This document shows positions 32,595-42,281 of a stretch of 64,000 nt of DNA, one piece after another. The stretch comes from an uncultured Chloroflexia bacterium (lineage in GTDB: Bacteria > Chloroflexota > Anaerolineae > CG2-30-64-16). The stretch spans positions 576,001-640,000 of the forward strand of contig CAVZDU010000002.1 of NCBI GenBank assembly GCA_963774265.1, written 5' to 3'. Positions within the stretch are counted from its first letter, which is position 1; every line of letters starts with the position of its first letter. The notes under the pieces were generated by a model that saw only the letters and a program-made list of their open reading frames with translations, did not search any database and was not told the origin of the DNA. A program made the position numbers and the translations under genes.

Positions 32595-32782
32595 TAGAAC
32601 TGCGTTCTGTTCCAGTGCAGACTGCGGCCGATGGATCCGTCCCGCGTCGGGTATGCCACGGAGGTGGCGAGGAAGGAGGCAAACAGACAAACAACCGATT
32701 TCCATAGCAGCCCCACCTACGCGGGGCGCTCCTGTCGATTCTCAGAGCAGCCCACAACGATGTATGCTAAGAGGAGCAAATC

Positions 32783-34180
32783 ATGACTGCCAACAGCAAA
32801 TCCAAACCGGGCTCGTTTGCGGCGTATACCGCATCCCCATTTCTCAAGATTTACTTACTCGCCCTCGTTCTCGTTCTCATTGCGGAGTTCACCGGCACCG
32901 TTCGGTGGACACCGATCGCCAAGATCACCGTCGTGCTCGTTCCATTCTTCCACACGATCTATTGGGCGGTCGCGTTTGCGCCGCAGGCTCTCGGCAAGTG
33001 GGTCAAGGTTTACAGCCTCGAAGACTCGGCCTACGCCGCCAGCCTCATTGTAATCGCCACCCTCCCGCTCATGGCCCGCTACGGCGTCACCGTTGGGCCC
33101 AGTGTGCCCATGATCATCAAGGCCGGCGCCGCGCTGATCCTGCAGGAAATCGGCAACTACTGGGGCGCCATCGTGATCGCGATGCCCCTGGCGATCTTGC
33201 TCGGCCTGCGCCGTGAGGTCATCGGCGCCTGCTACTCGGTCGCCCGCGAGCCAAACCTCAGCCTGATCGGCGACGTCTACGGGCTGGACACCCCTGAGGG
33301 CCGCGGCGTCCTGGGCACCTACCTGACCGGCACCGTGCTGGGCACCGCCTTCTTCAGCATCGTCGGCAGCCTGATGGCCCTGACCGCGCCAGGCGTGTTC
33401 CATCCGCTCTCTCTGGCTATGGCCTGCGGCATCGGCAGCGCCAGCATGACGACCGCCTGCGCCGCCACCCTCTCTGAGGCGCTGCCCGCCTGGAAAGATC
33501 AGATCCTCGCTTTCGCGGCTGCCAGCAACCTGGCAACCGCAGTCCTCGGCCTCTACGCCTCCTGGCTGATCGGCCTGCCCTTCGCCGAGTGGGTCTACAA
33601 GACGATGGGCAAGCGCCGCGAGAAGGGGGTCGATGTTGCAGCTGCGGCCAAGGCCGCCGAGAGAAAGGTGGCCCGGCCGAAGACCAACGTAGGCTGGTCC
33701 ATGTTGCACGTGACCATGGTCTGCCTCCTGATCCTGATTGGCAACTGGGTGGCCACCGGCATCGCGGGAGGAAGCAACTTCAACTGGAACGCGGCGAAGG
33801 CCATCAACCCCTTGCAGGCGCTGCCCGGCGTTCTCATCCTCTGGGGGGCCTGCCTGGTGGGTGTGCTGCTGTCGCGCTACGTGCCCTTCTACGTCCCGAC
33901 CATCGCGTATGTCGGCACATTGATGTTGCTCCTCACCATCCCGGGCATGCCCGGCTCCACGCAAATCGTGGCTGCGGCGACGAAGGTCAACTTCCTGGCA
34001 ACCGCCACGCCGATCATCGCGTTCGCCAGCCTGTCGATTGCCAAAGACCTGAGCGCCTTTGCCAAGGCGGGGTGGCGTATCGTGGTCGCAGCCCTGATCA
34101 CGCTCTTCTCTGTCTTCTTCACGGCGGCGATCATCTCCGAAATCATCCTGCGCATCCAGAACTTCCCGCGGGTCCCGTGA
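32783..34180 (+). CDS. DUF3100-family membrane protein fused to its small partner membrane protein (putative transporter)
   Basis: LQEIGN..REVIGACYSVAREP..YGLDTPEGRGV..GT; second half LATATPIIAFA..KD..F.K.GWRI. Confidence 0.75.
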   Translation: MTANSKSKPGSFAAYTASPFLKIYLLALVLVLIAEFTGTVRWTPIAKITVVLVPFFHTIYWAVAFAPQALGKWVKVYSLEDSAYAASLIVIATLPLMARYGVTVGPSVPMIIKAGAALILQEIGNYWGAIVIAMPLAILLGLRREVIGACYSVAREPNLSLIGDVYGLDTPEGRGVLGTYLTGTVLGTAFFSIVGSLMALTAPGVFHPLSLAMACGIGSASMTTACAATLSEALPAWKDQILAFAAASNLATAVLGLYASWLIGLPFAEWVYKTMGKRREKGVDVAAAAKAAERKVARPKTNVGWSMLHVTMVCLLILIGNWVATGIAGGSNFNWNAAKAINPLQALPGVLILWGACLVGVLLSRYVPFYVPTIAYVGTLMLLLTIPGMPGSTQIVAAATKVNFLATATPIIAFASLSIAKDLSAFAKAGWRIVVAALITLFSVFFTAAIISEIILRIQNFPRVP

Positions 34181-34223
34181 GGTCCGCTGCCCTGACGACG
34201 GCTAACGCCTGGATGTGAAACCT

Positions 34224-34268
34224 GACACGAAGCCGCGGCCGTCCAGCCCGGCTTCGTGTCTTCTTTTT
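34224..34268 (+). terminator. Rho-independent terminator
   Basis: GACACGAAGCCG...CGGCTTCGTGTC followed by TTCTTTTT. Confidence 0.75.
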
Positions 34269-34296
34269 GTACAAAGCTAGAGCGGGAGTTGGAAAC

Positions 34297-35562
34297 ATGA
34301 TGACCGCCCACGTGGAGAATTCATCCCTGGCGGCCGCAGATCCCGTCGTCGCCGAGTTGGTGGCGCGCGAACGCCTGCGCCAGGAAATGTCCCTCGACCT
34401 GATCGCCTCCGAGAATATCGCCCCGCAGGCGGTGCTGTCCGCGGCCGGCTCATCGTTCAACAACAAGACCGCTGAAGGCTACCCCGGCCGCCGCTATCAC
34501 ACCGGGTGTGAAGTGGCCGATGAGATGGAGGCATTGGCGGTGACACGGGCCACGGCGCTCTTCGGCGCGGACCACGCCAACGTGCAGCCCCACTCCGGCG
34601 TCAACGCCAACCTGGCCGTCTACACCGCCATGTTGGCGCCAGGCGACCGACTGCTGAGCCTGATGTTGAGCCACGGCGGCCACCTGTCGCACGGCGACCC
34701 TGCGTCCCTCACCGGTCGCGTTTACGGCTTCGAACACTACGGCGTGGATCCGGTCAGCGAAGTACTGGATTACGACCAGATCCGCGACCTTGCCAGGCAA
34801 CATCGACCCAAACTGCTTGTGGCCGGCGGCAGCTCATACCCGCGCTTGATGGACTATGCGGCGCTGCGCGTCATCGCGAACGAAGTCGACGCTATGCTGC
34901 TGGTAGACATGGCGCACATCGCCGGGCTGGTGGCTGCGGGCGTCATTCCCAGCCCGGTGCCCCATGCCGATTTCGTCACTTTCACCACCTACAAGACCCT
35001 GATGGGTCCCCACGGCGGTGTTGTGCTCTGCCGGGCCGAGTATGCTAAGAAGCTCGATCGCGCCATGTTCCCCGGTGTCCAGGGCACCCCCACCCTGGCA
35101 CTGGTAGCCGCCAAAGCGGTGTGCTTCCATCTGGCGACGACGCCGGCCTTCGTGGCCGTACAGAACGCCACCGTGGCCAACGCCCGTCTGCTGTGCGCTG
35201 AGCTTGCCGGCCAGGGCCTGCGGCCAGTGTCCGGCGGCACCGACACCCACATGATGCTTCTGGATCTGCGCGGCGCCGGCCTCAAGGGCAACGCGGCTGA
35301 GGAAGCGCTCGCTCAAGCAAACATCCTCACCAACCGCAATGTGATCCCCTACGACCCGGAGCCTGTGACGGTGACCAGTGGGCTGCGCCTGGGCACCCCG
35401 GCCGCTACCGGCCGCGGGATGGGGGAGGCCGAGATGCGCGCCATCGCAGCCATGATCGGCAAGGTGCTGACCGCGCCGGGCGACGCGGCCGTCAAGGCCG
35501 CGGTGGCAGATGAGGCACGCGAATTGTGCCGCCGGTTTCCGCTGGCAGCGCGCGGATTGTGA
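34297..35562 (+). CDS. Serine hydroxymethyltransferase-family enzyme with non-canonical active site
   Basis: LIASEN, NVQPHSG, GGHLSHG, DMAHIAGLV, GGTDTH; but NKTAEG..RYHTG and TTYK. Confidence 0.88.
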   Translation: MMTAHVENSSLAAADPVVAELVARERLRQEMSLDLIASENIAPQAVLSAAGSSFNNKTAEGYPGRRYHTGCEVADEMEALAVTRATALFGADHANVQPHSGVNANLAVYTAMLAPGDRLLSLMLSHGGHLSHGDPASLTGRVYGFEHYGVDPVSEVLDYDQIRDLARQHRPKLLVAGGSSYPRLMDYAALRVIANEVDAMLLVDMAHIAGLVAAGVIPSPVPHADFVTFTTYKTLMGPHGGVVLCRAEYAKKLDRAMFPGVQGTPTLALVAAKAVCFHLATTPAFVAVQNATVANARLLCAELAGQGLRPVSGGTDTHMMLLDLRGAGLKGNAAEEALAQANILTNRNVIPYDPEPVTVTSGLRLGTPAATGRGMGEAEMRAIAAMIGKVLTAPGDAAVKAAVADEARELCRRFPLAARGL

Positions 35563-35628
35563 CGAAGACAAAGCTATCCATTGTCAGTTCGCTGACTTCC
35601 GGTAGCTGACCTCCAGAAGGATTCGCTC

Positions 35629-36816
35629 ATGGATCAGACGTTGTTTTCGGAACTGCAGGCGGGGATCGATGCGGACTGGATCAGCAGGATCCTGCAGGAG
35701 ATGATCCTGATCCGCAGTGAGAACCCGTTCGACGATCCGCCCCGGCCCGGTTTCCGCGAACTGGAGATGGCCGAGTATCTTTCGGGCCTGTTGGCCGGAC
35801 TGGGGCTGCAACACGAGGTGCGCGAGGTTCGCCCTGACCGTCCCAACGTGTTCGGCTATCTACCGGGCAGCGATGGCCACACCACCCTCGCACTGGCCGG
35901 CCACATCGACACTGCGCACACCACCGGATACGCCCGGGCCTACGATGTGCAGCTTGAGGATGGCAAGATCCGTGGCCGCGGCGCGTGTGACATGAAGGCT
36001 GGGCTGGCGGCCTATCTCGGGGTGGCCAGGGTGTTGCTGGAGGCCAAGGCTCCCCTCAAGGGCGGTTTGGTTTTACTCTTCAACATGGACGAGGAGTACC
36101 AGATGTTGGGCTCCCAGGCTATCGGCCGCGATGGCCCGCGCGCGGATCAGGGCATCGTCGCCGAGCCCACCAACCTCGCTATCTGCCCGTCCAACAAGGG
36201 TCGCGTCAGCACGAAGCTCATCACGCGCGGCCGGGCCGCGCACTCCAGCGTGCCCGAAAAGGGGATCAACGCCATCGGCCGCATGGCGCGCGTGATAGAC
36301 GCCTTCGACGACTACAACGCCGAGCTGCTGACCCGTCCCCAGCACCCGCTGTGCGGCAACGGCCGCTTCAACCCAGGGGTCATTAAAGGCGGGGTGCAGG
36401 TTAACATGGTGCCGGACTATTGTGAGCTGGAGGTAGACCGGCGCACCTTGCCCGGCGAGACAAAGGAGCAGGTGTATGGGGAGTTCCATGCACGCATCGC
36501 ACGGGCCGCGCAGGGCGATCCGGACTTCGCTTACGAAATCACCCCGCCGACCTGGCTGATTCCGGCTAATGACATCTCACCCACCGAGCCCGTGGTGGTG
36601 GCATTACGCAGGGCGCATCTCGCCCTCCGAGGCAGTGATCCCGGAGTGCAGGCGTTCGTAGCCGGCTCTGACGCGCCGCACTATGGCTTTCCCACAGTAG
36701 TCTGCGGCCCCGGTTCCATCGCCCAGGCCCACACCACCGACGAGTGGGTTCTACTGGCGGAAGTAGTCGACGCGGCGCGGCTGTACCTGCACGTCGCATT
36801 GCAATTGTTGAGCTAG
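35629..36816 (+). CDS. M20 ArgE/DapE-family deacylase
   Basis: GHIDT, GRGACDMK, DEE, AEPT, AHTTDE. Confidence 0.88.
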   Translation: MDQTLFSELQAGIDADWISRILQEMILIRSENPFDDPPRPGFRELEMAEYLSGLLAGLGLQHEVREVRPDRPNVFGYLPGSDGHTTLALAGHIDTAHTTGYARAYDVQLEDGKIRGRGACDMKAGLAAYLGVARVLLEAKAPLKGGLVLLFNMDEEYQMLGSQAIGRDGPRADQGIVAEPTNLAICPSNKGRVSTKLITRGRAAHSSVPEKGINAIGRMARVIDAFDDYNAELLTRPQHPLCGNGRFNPGVIKGGVQVNMVPDYCELEVDRRTLPGETKEQVYGEFHARIARAAQGDPDFAYEITPPTWLIPANDISPTEPVVVALRRAHLALRGSDPGVQAFVAGSDAPHYGFPTVVCGPGSIAQAHTTDEWVLLAEVVDAARLYLHVALQLLS

Positions 36817-36827
36817 GAGTAAATTCC

Positions 36828-38135
36828 ATGACCCGTGAAGAACTCAAGCAGGCGGTGTGCGCCGAGATCGACCGGCGGCGCGACGACATCATCGGCATTG
36901 CCCAGACCATGCTGCACCACCCCGAGCTGGGCTACAAAGAGGTCAAGACCGCGGCCCTGGTGCGCGACACCCTGGCCGGACTGGGGCTGCCGGTCCGCGA
37001 AGGGCTGGCCATCACCGGTGTGGATGGCGTGCTGGCAGGTGACCAACCCGGCCCGAGCCTGTGCATCATGGGCGAGCTCGACTCGGTGGTGGCCGCGGAC
37101 GCGGCCGTGTGCGACCCGGTCACCGGCGCCGCGCACCAGTGCGGCCACCATATCCAGGTGGCGAGCATGCTGGGCGCCGCGATCGGCCTGGTCAACGCAG
37201 GGGCCGCCCGCGCGCTTGCGGGCCGGATCCACTTCCTGGGCGCGCCCGCCGAGGAATTCCTGGAGATCGAGTACCGGCTGGGCCTGGCTGAAGCGGGCAA
37301 GATCACCTACCTCGGCGGCAAGCAAGAGCTGATCAAGCTGGGCTACTTCGACGACATCGCCATCGCGATGATGGTCCACAGCCAATCCAAAGCGCCCCAG
37401 CCGGGACTTCACTTCGGCTACCAGGCCAACGGCTTCCTGGCCAAGTTCATCCGCTACGCCGGCCGGGCCTCTCACGCGGGCGCTGCGCCGCAGGACGGCA
37501 TCAACGCGCTTAACGCGGCCTGCCTCGGCATCCTCGCCGTGCACGCGCAACGCGAAACCTTCCAGGACAAGGATTCGATCCGCGTGCACCCCATCATCAC
37601 CAAGGGCGGTGATGTGGTGAATGTGGTCCCCTCCGACGTCCGCATGGAGACCTATGTGCGCGGCCGCGCGGTCGAAGCCATCCTCGACGCGTCAAAGAAG
37701 GTGGACCGCGCGTTCCGGGCCGGCGGCGACGCGGTGGGTGCGGAGACGCACATCCAGAACGTGCCCGGCTACCTGCCCATCTTCCAGGATGAGCCGCTGA
37801 CCCGCCTCGCGATGGAGAACGGCCGCGCGTTGTTGGGTGAGGAAGGCGTGCATTACGGCGGGTTCCTGGGCGGCTCGCTCGACGTCGGCGACCTTTCACA
37901 TCTCATGCCCGTGCTGCATCCCTTTGTCGGCGGCACGCAGGGGCCGATCCACGGCGCAGACTTCGCCATCGTGGACTATGATGCCGCAGCCGTAGTGCCC
38001 GCCAAGATGATGGCCATGACCGCCGTCGACCTGCTGATCGACGGCGCAGCCGAGGCCCGCCAGATCGTCTCGAACCACAAGCCTAAGCTCACCAAGGCAG
38101 AGTACCTGGCCATGATGGAAGACCTCAAGAAGTAA
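36828..38135 (+). CDS. M20D/AbgB-like amidohydrolase
   Basis: HPELGYKE, GELDS, HQCGHH, PAEE, GSLDVGDLS. Confidence 0.88.
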   Translation: MTREELKQAVCAEIDRRRDDIIGIAQTMLHHPELGYKEVKTAALVRDTLAGLGLPVREGLAITGVDGVLAGDQPGPSLCIMGELDSVVAADAAVCDPVTGAAHQCGHHIQVASMLGAAIGLVNAGAARALAGRIHFLGAPAEEFLEIEYRLGLAEAGKITYLGGKQELIKLGYFDDIAIAMMVHSQSKAPQPGLHFGYQANGFLAKFIRYAGRASHAGAAPQDGINALNAACLGILAVHAQRETFQDKDSIRVHPIITKGGDVVNVVPSDVRMETYVRGRAVEAILDASKKVDRAFRAGGDAVGAETHIQNVPGYLPIFQDEPLTRLAMENGRALLGEEGVHYGGFLGGSLDVGDLSHLMPVLHPFVGGTQGPIHGADFAIVDYDAAAVVPAKMMAMTAVDLLIDGAAEARQIVSNHKPKLTKAEYLAMMEDLKK

Positions 38136-38303
38136 GGTCCACCGCGCCGGGAGCGGATGTGCTCGAATTCGGGAGTTTGGAGTAGGAGGCGGGTCCATGC
38201 TATGCTTCCAGCGTGATCAGCAGGCCCGTGGCGTCTGCATCCTCTGCAAGCTGCAGCCGGAGCCGATCGAGATGCCGGGGCCTTACCAGGAAAGAGTGCC
38301 GCC

Positions 38304-39059
38304 ATGTCCAAGATCATCTCCGTCCACTCGTTTCGCGGGGGCACCGGCAAATCCAACACCACGGCCAACCTCGCAGCGTTGATGGCGATGCGCGGCCAGC
38401 GCGTGGGTGTGGTCGATACCGACATCGCCTCGCCGGGTATCCACATCCTGTTCGGCATGGACGACACCGGCCTGGGACGCTCCCTCAACGATTACCTTTG
38501 GGGTCAGTGTCGGATCGAAGACACGGCGCACGATGTAACGGCCAGCCTCGGATCCGATGTGCGCGGCAAGGTGCTGCTGATCCCTTCCAGCATCAAGGCC
38601 GGCGCGATCGCCCGCATTCTGCGCGAGGGCTATGACGTTGGGCTGCTTAGCGACGGCTTCCGGGACCTGATCACTTCCTTGCGCCTCGATGCTCTGCTCG
38701 TGGACACGCACCCCGGCCTGAACGAAGAGACCCTGCTCTCGATGGCCATCTCGGATATACTGGTCATCGTCCTGCGCCCCGATCAGCAAGATTACCAGGG
38801 CACCGCGGTCACGGTGGAAGTCGCGCGCAAACTGGACGTGCCCTGCCTGAGGCTGATCGTCAATAAAGTGCCCGCCGCCTTCAACCCCGAGGAAGTGCGG
38901 GCGCGGGTCGAGCAAACGTACGGCTGCCAGGTAGCGGCGGTGCTGCCGCACAGCGACGAGATGATGGTGTTGGCCAGCGGCGGGGTGTTTGTCACGCGCT
39001 ACCCGAACTACCCGCTGACCGCGCTGTACCGGCAAGCTCTGGAGCGCCTGGAGGCGTAG
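38304..39059 (+). CDS. MinD/ParA-family ATPase
   Basis: SFRGGTGKS deviant Walker A, VVDTD, DTHPGLNEE. Confidence 0.88.
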   Translation: MSKIISVHSFRGGTGKSNTTANLAALMAMRGQRVGVVDTDIASPGIHILFGMDDTGLGRSLNDYLWGQCRIEDTAHDVTASLGSDVRGKVLLIPSSIKAGAIARILREGYDVGLLSDGFRDLITSLRLDALLVDTHPGLNEETLLSMAISDILVIVLRPDQQDYQGTAVTVEVARKLDVPCLRLIVNKVPAAFNPEEVRARVEQTYGCQVAAVLPHSDEMMVLASGGVFVTRYPNYPLTALYRQALERLEA

Positions 39060-39098
39060 GAACGATAGATCGGGCGCCGCGTCGGCAGGAGAGCCTCT

Positions 39099-41822
39099 AT
39101 GAGCCCAACGGAGAGCTTCGAAGACGACAAGGTGCAGGAACGCGCCGCCGAACCGGCCGGGGCCACCCTCCAGGCCGAGGTCGCAGCCGCGCGGGCCGAT
39201 CGCGAGCGCGCCGCGCTTCTGGATCAGATGGTGCGCCAGAACGAGTACCTGGCTGCACTGCACGAGGTGACGCTCGGCTTGATCACCCGGCTGGATCACC
39301 GGGAACTGCTCGAAGCGATCATCACGCGCGCCGCACAGCTCCTGGACGCCCCCCACGGCTTCGTTTATCTCCTTAAGCCCGGTGCAAGCGAAATGGAGTG
39401 CAAGGTCGGCGTCGGGGCGCTCACCCAGCTGGTCGGGTCCAGCACGAAACCCGGGGAAGGCGTGGCGGGCAACGTCTGGCAGACGGGCGAGCCGCTCGTC
39501 GTGGATGACTACGATCACTGGCCTGGCCGCGTGCAGCAGTTCGCGCTCGGCCTTCTGGGCGCGGTCGTGTGTGTTCCGTTCAAATCCGGGGGGCAGGTCG
39601 TGGGCGCCATCGGGTTAGCTCGTGATCCCGCGACTGACCGGGCCTTTGGGACGGAGGAGCTCGCGCTGTTAGGCCGGTTCGCCCAGTTAGCCTCGGTCGC
39701 CCTGGACAACGCACGGCTTTACTCGGCCGCCCAGGAAACGCAACGCCGGCTGACGGACATCATCGACTTCCTACCGGATCCCACGATGGTCATCGATGAG
39801 GCATGCCGCGTCATTGCCTGGAACCGGGCCATGGAACAGATGACGGGGGTCGCCGCGCAGGACATGCTGGGCAAGGGCGACTACGAGTACGCCATCCCCT
39901 TCTACGGCGAACGACGGCCGATCCTCATCGACCTGGTGCGCCTGCCCCCTGAGGAGTTCGCGCACAAGTATGCCCACATCGCGAGACAAGGCTCGGTGCT
40001 GTCGGGGGAAACGTTCGTGACCCACCTGCGGGGAAGCAGCGGTTATCTGTATGCCACGGCATCCGCGCTCCATGATTCGAATGGCGATTTCGCGGGCGCG
40101 ATCGAAACGATTCGTGACCTGACCGAGCGCAAGCAGGCGGAAGAGGAGCTGCAACAGGCCAAGGAAGCGGCCGAGGCGGCCACGCAGGCCAAGAGCGCCT
40201 TCCTGGCCACGATGAGCCACGAGATCCGCACGCCGATGAACGCCATCATCGGCATGAGCGGCCTGCTGCTCGACACGCCGCTCACGCCAGACCAGCGCGA
40301 TTTCGCCGAGACGATCCGCAACAGCGGCGACGCCCTGCTGACCATCATCAACGACATCCTGGACTTCTCCAAGATCGAAGCCGGCAAGATGGAGCTGGAG
40401 CAGCAGCCCTTCGACCTGCGCGAGTGCGTGGAGTCGGCGCTGGACCTGATGAAGCTGAGGGCCGCGGAGAAGGGCCTGGAGCTGGCCTGCGAGATCGCCG
40501 GCGACGTCCCGCTCGCCATCGTCGGCGACGTGACCCGCCTGCGCCAGATCCTGGTCAACCTGCTGAGCAATGCGGTCAAGTTCACCGAGCACGGCGAGGT
40601 GGTGGTGACGGTGACTGGCGACGAAGTGCCCGGCACCTTGAAGGTGCCGGGCACTTGGAGCACTTGGGTCCGAGCGCTCAGGGCACTTGCACTTCACCGT
40701 CCGCGACACCGGCATCGGCATCCCGGCCGACCGGCTGGACCGGCTGTTCCAGGCCTTCAGCCAGGTGGATGCCTCGACCACGCGCAAGTACGGCGGCACC
40801 GGGCTGGGGCTGGCGATCAGCAAGCGGCTGAGCGAGATGATGGGCGGCACGATGTGGGTGGAAAGCGAAGGCGTGCCGGGCAAAGGCTCGACCTTCCACT
40901 TCACGATTCAGGCGCCGGCGGCCACCGAGCTGCCGAAGCGGTCGCACCTGCAGCGGCGAGTCACCCGAGCTGCGCGGCCGGCGCGTGCTGATCGTGGACG
41001 ACAACGCCACCAACCGGCGCATCCTGACGCTGCAGACGCAGGGCTGGGGCATGCTGCCGCGCGCCACCGGCTCGCCGCACGAGGCGCTGGCGTGGGTGCG
41101 GCAGGGCGAGCCGTTCGACCTGGCCATCCTGGACCTGCACATGCCGGAGATGGATGGCGTTGCGCTGGCCGCCGAAGGCGAGTGCAGTCGAAGATCGTGC
41201 CGCGACGCTGAGCATCCAAGCTCGATCGTCTCGCCGCTTGATCCTGCTGTCCTCCCTGGGCGGCTATGGCAGGGAGATCCCGCCGGGCCTCTTTGCCGCG
41301 AGCCTGACCAAGCCGATCCGGGCCTCGGCGCTGTTCGATGCGCTGATGGGCGTCTTCGCCGGGCAGCGGCGCCTGGTCCTGCGCCGGCGCGCGCGCCGGC
41401 ACGGCCCGGACGCCGAGATGGCGCAGCGGCTGCCGCTGCGCATCCTGCTGGCCGAGGACAACGCCGTCAACCAGAAGCTGGCGCTGCGGCTGCTGGCGCA
41501 GATGGGCTACCGGGCCGACGTGGCCGCGAACGGCCTGGAGGCGATCCAGGCGCTGGAGCGCCAGCCGTACGACGTGGTCCTGATGGACGTGCAGATGCCG
41601 GAGATGGACGGGCTGGAGGCGACGCGGCACATCTGCGCCCGCTGGCCGGGCGAGGAGCGGCCGCGCATCATCGCCATGACCGCCAACGCCATGCAGGGCG
41701 ACCGCGAGATGTGCCTGGAGGCCGGCATGGACGACTATGTCAGCAAGCCGATCCGCGTGGACGAGCTCATCCGGGCGCTGGCACGCTGCACACCATTGGC
41801 TCAAGGCTACACGCCCGCGTGA
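39099..41822 (+). CDS. Cytoplasmic hybrid histidine kinase (GAF-PAS-HisKA-HATPase-REC-REC; frameshifted)
   Basis: [54 protein letters not shown]. Confidence 0.92.
40624..40656. repeat. Perfect 16-bp inverted repeat inside the kinase HATPase domain
   Basis: AAGTGCCCGGCACCTT-G-AAGGTGCCGGGCACTT, encoding [11 protein letters not shown]. Confidence 0.85.
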
Positions 41823-41852
41823 CCCGGGCTAATTCAGCAGAAGGGCATCGAG

Positions 41853-42239
41853 ATGCCAACATCTGAGATCATCGACGAGACTACCCTCGCCAGGCTGCTC
41901 GACAGCCTCGGGGGAGATGCCGATTTCCTGAGCGAACTTGTGGAAGCTTATTTGGCCTCGACCCCCGAGCTTTTCGCCAGCATGCGGCAGGCCGTTGCAG
42001 CCGGCGATGCCGCCGGGCTGCAGCGTGCAGCGCACAGCCTCAAAACCGGCAGCGCCAGCTTCGGCGCCGCGGTGTTCGCAGCCCGGTGCAAGGAAGTGGA
42101 AGACTTGGGCAAGTTGGGTGCGTTGGACGGTGCTGAGGAAGCGGTCCGGGCGCTCGAGGCAGCGTACCCCGAAGTGGTTGCGGCGCTGAAGGCCAGGGTG
42201 CAAGGCGCGGCCTCGGCTCCCGCCGATGAACCTTCGTAG
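41853..42239 (+). CDS. Stand-alone Hpt phosphotransfer protein
   Basis: AAHSLKTGSASFGA..CKEVE. Confidence 0.9.
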   Translation: MPTSEIIDETTLARLLDSLGGDADFLSELVEAYLASTPELFASMRQAVAAGDAAGLQRAAHSLKTGSASFGAAVFAARCKEVEDLGKLGALDGAEEAVRALEAAYPEVVAALKARVQGAASAPADEPS

Positions 42240-42281
42240 GTAACAGTGCGCCGGCCTTCGTTCGCCGGTTGAGGTTCCCTG

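Noticed and set aside
38197-38290. Short Cys-containing ORF before minD
   Set aside because: Too short, overlaps minD in another frame, no supportable family
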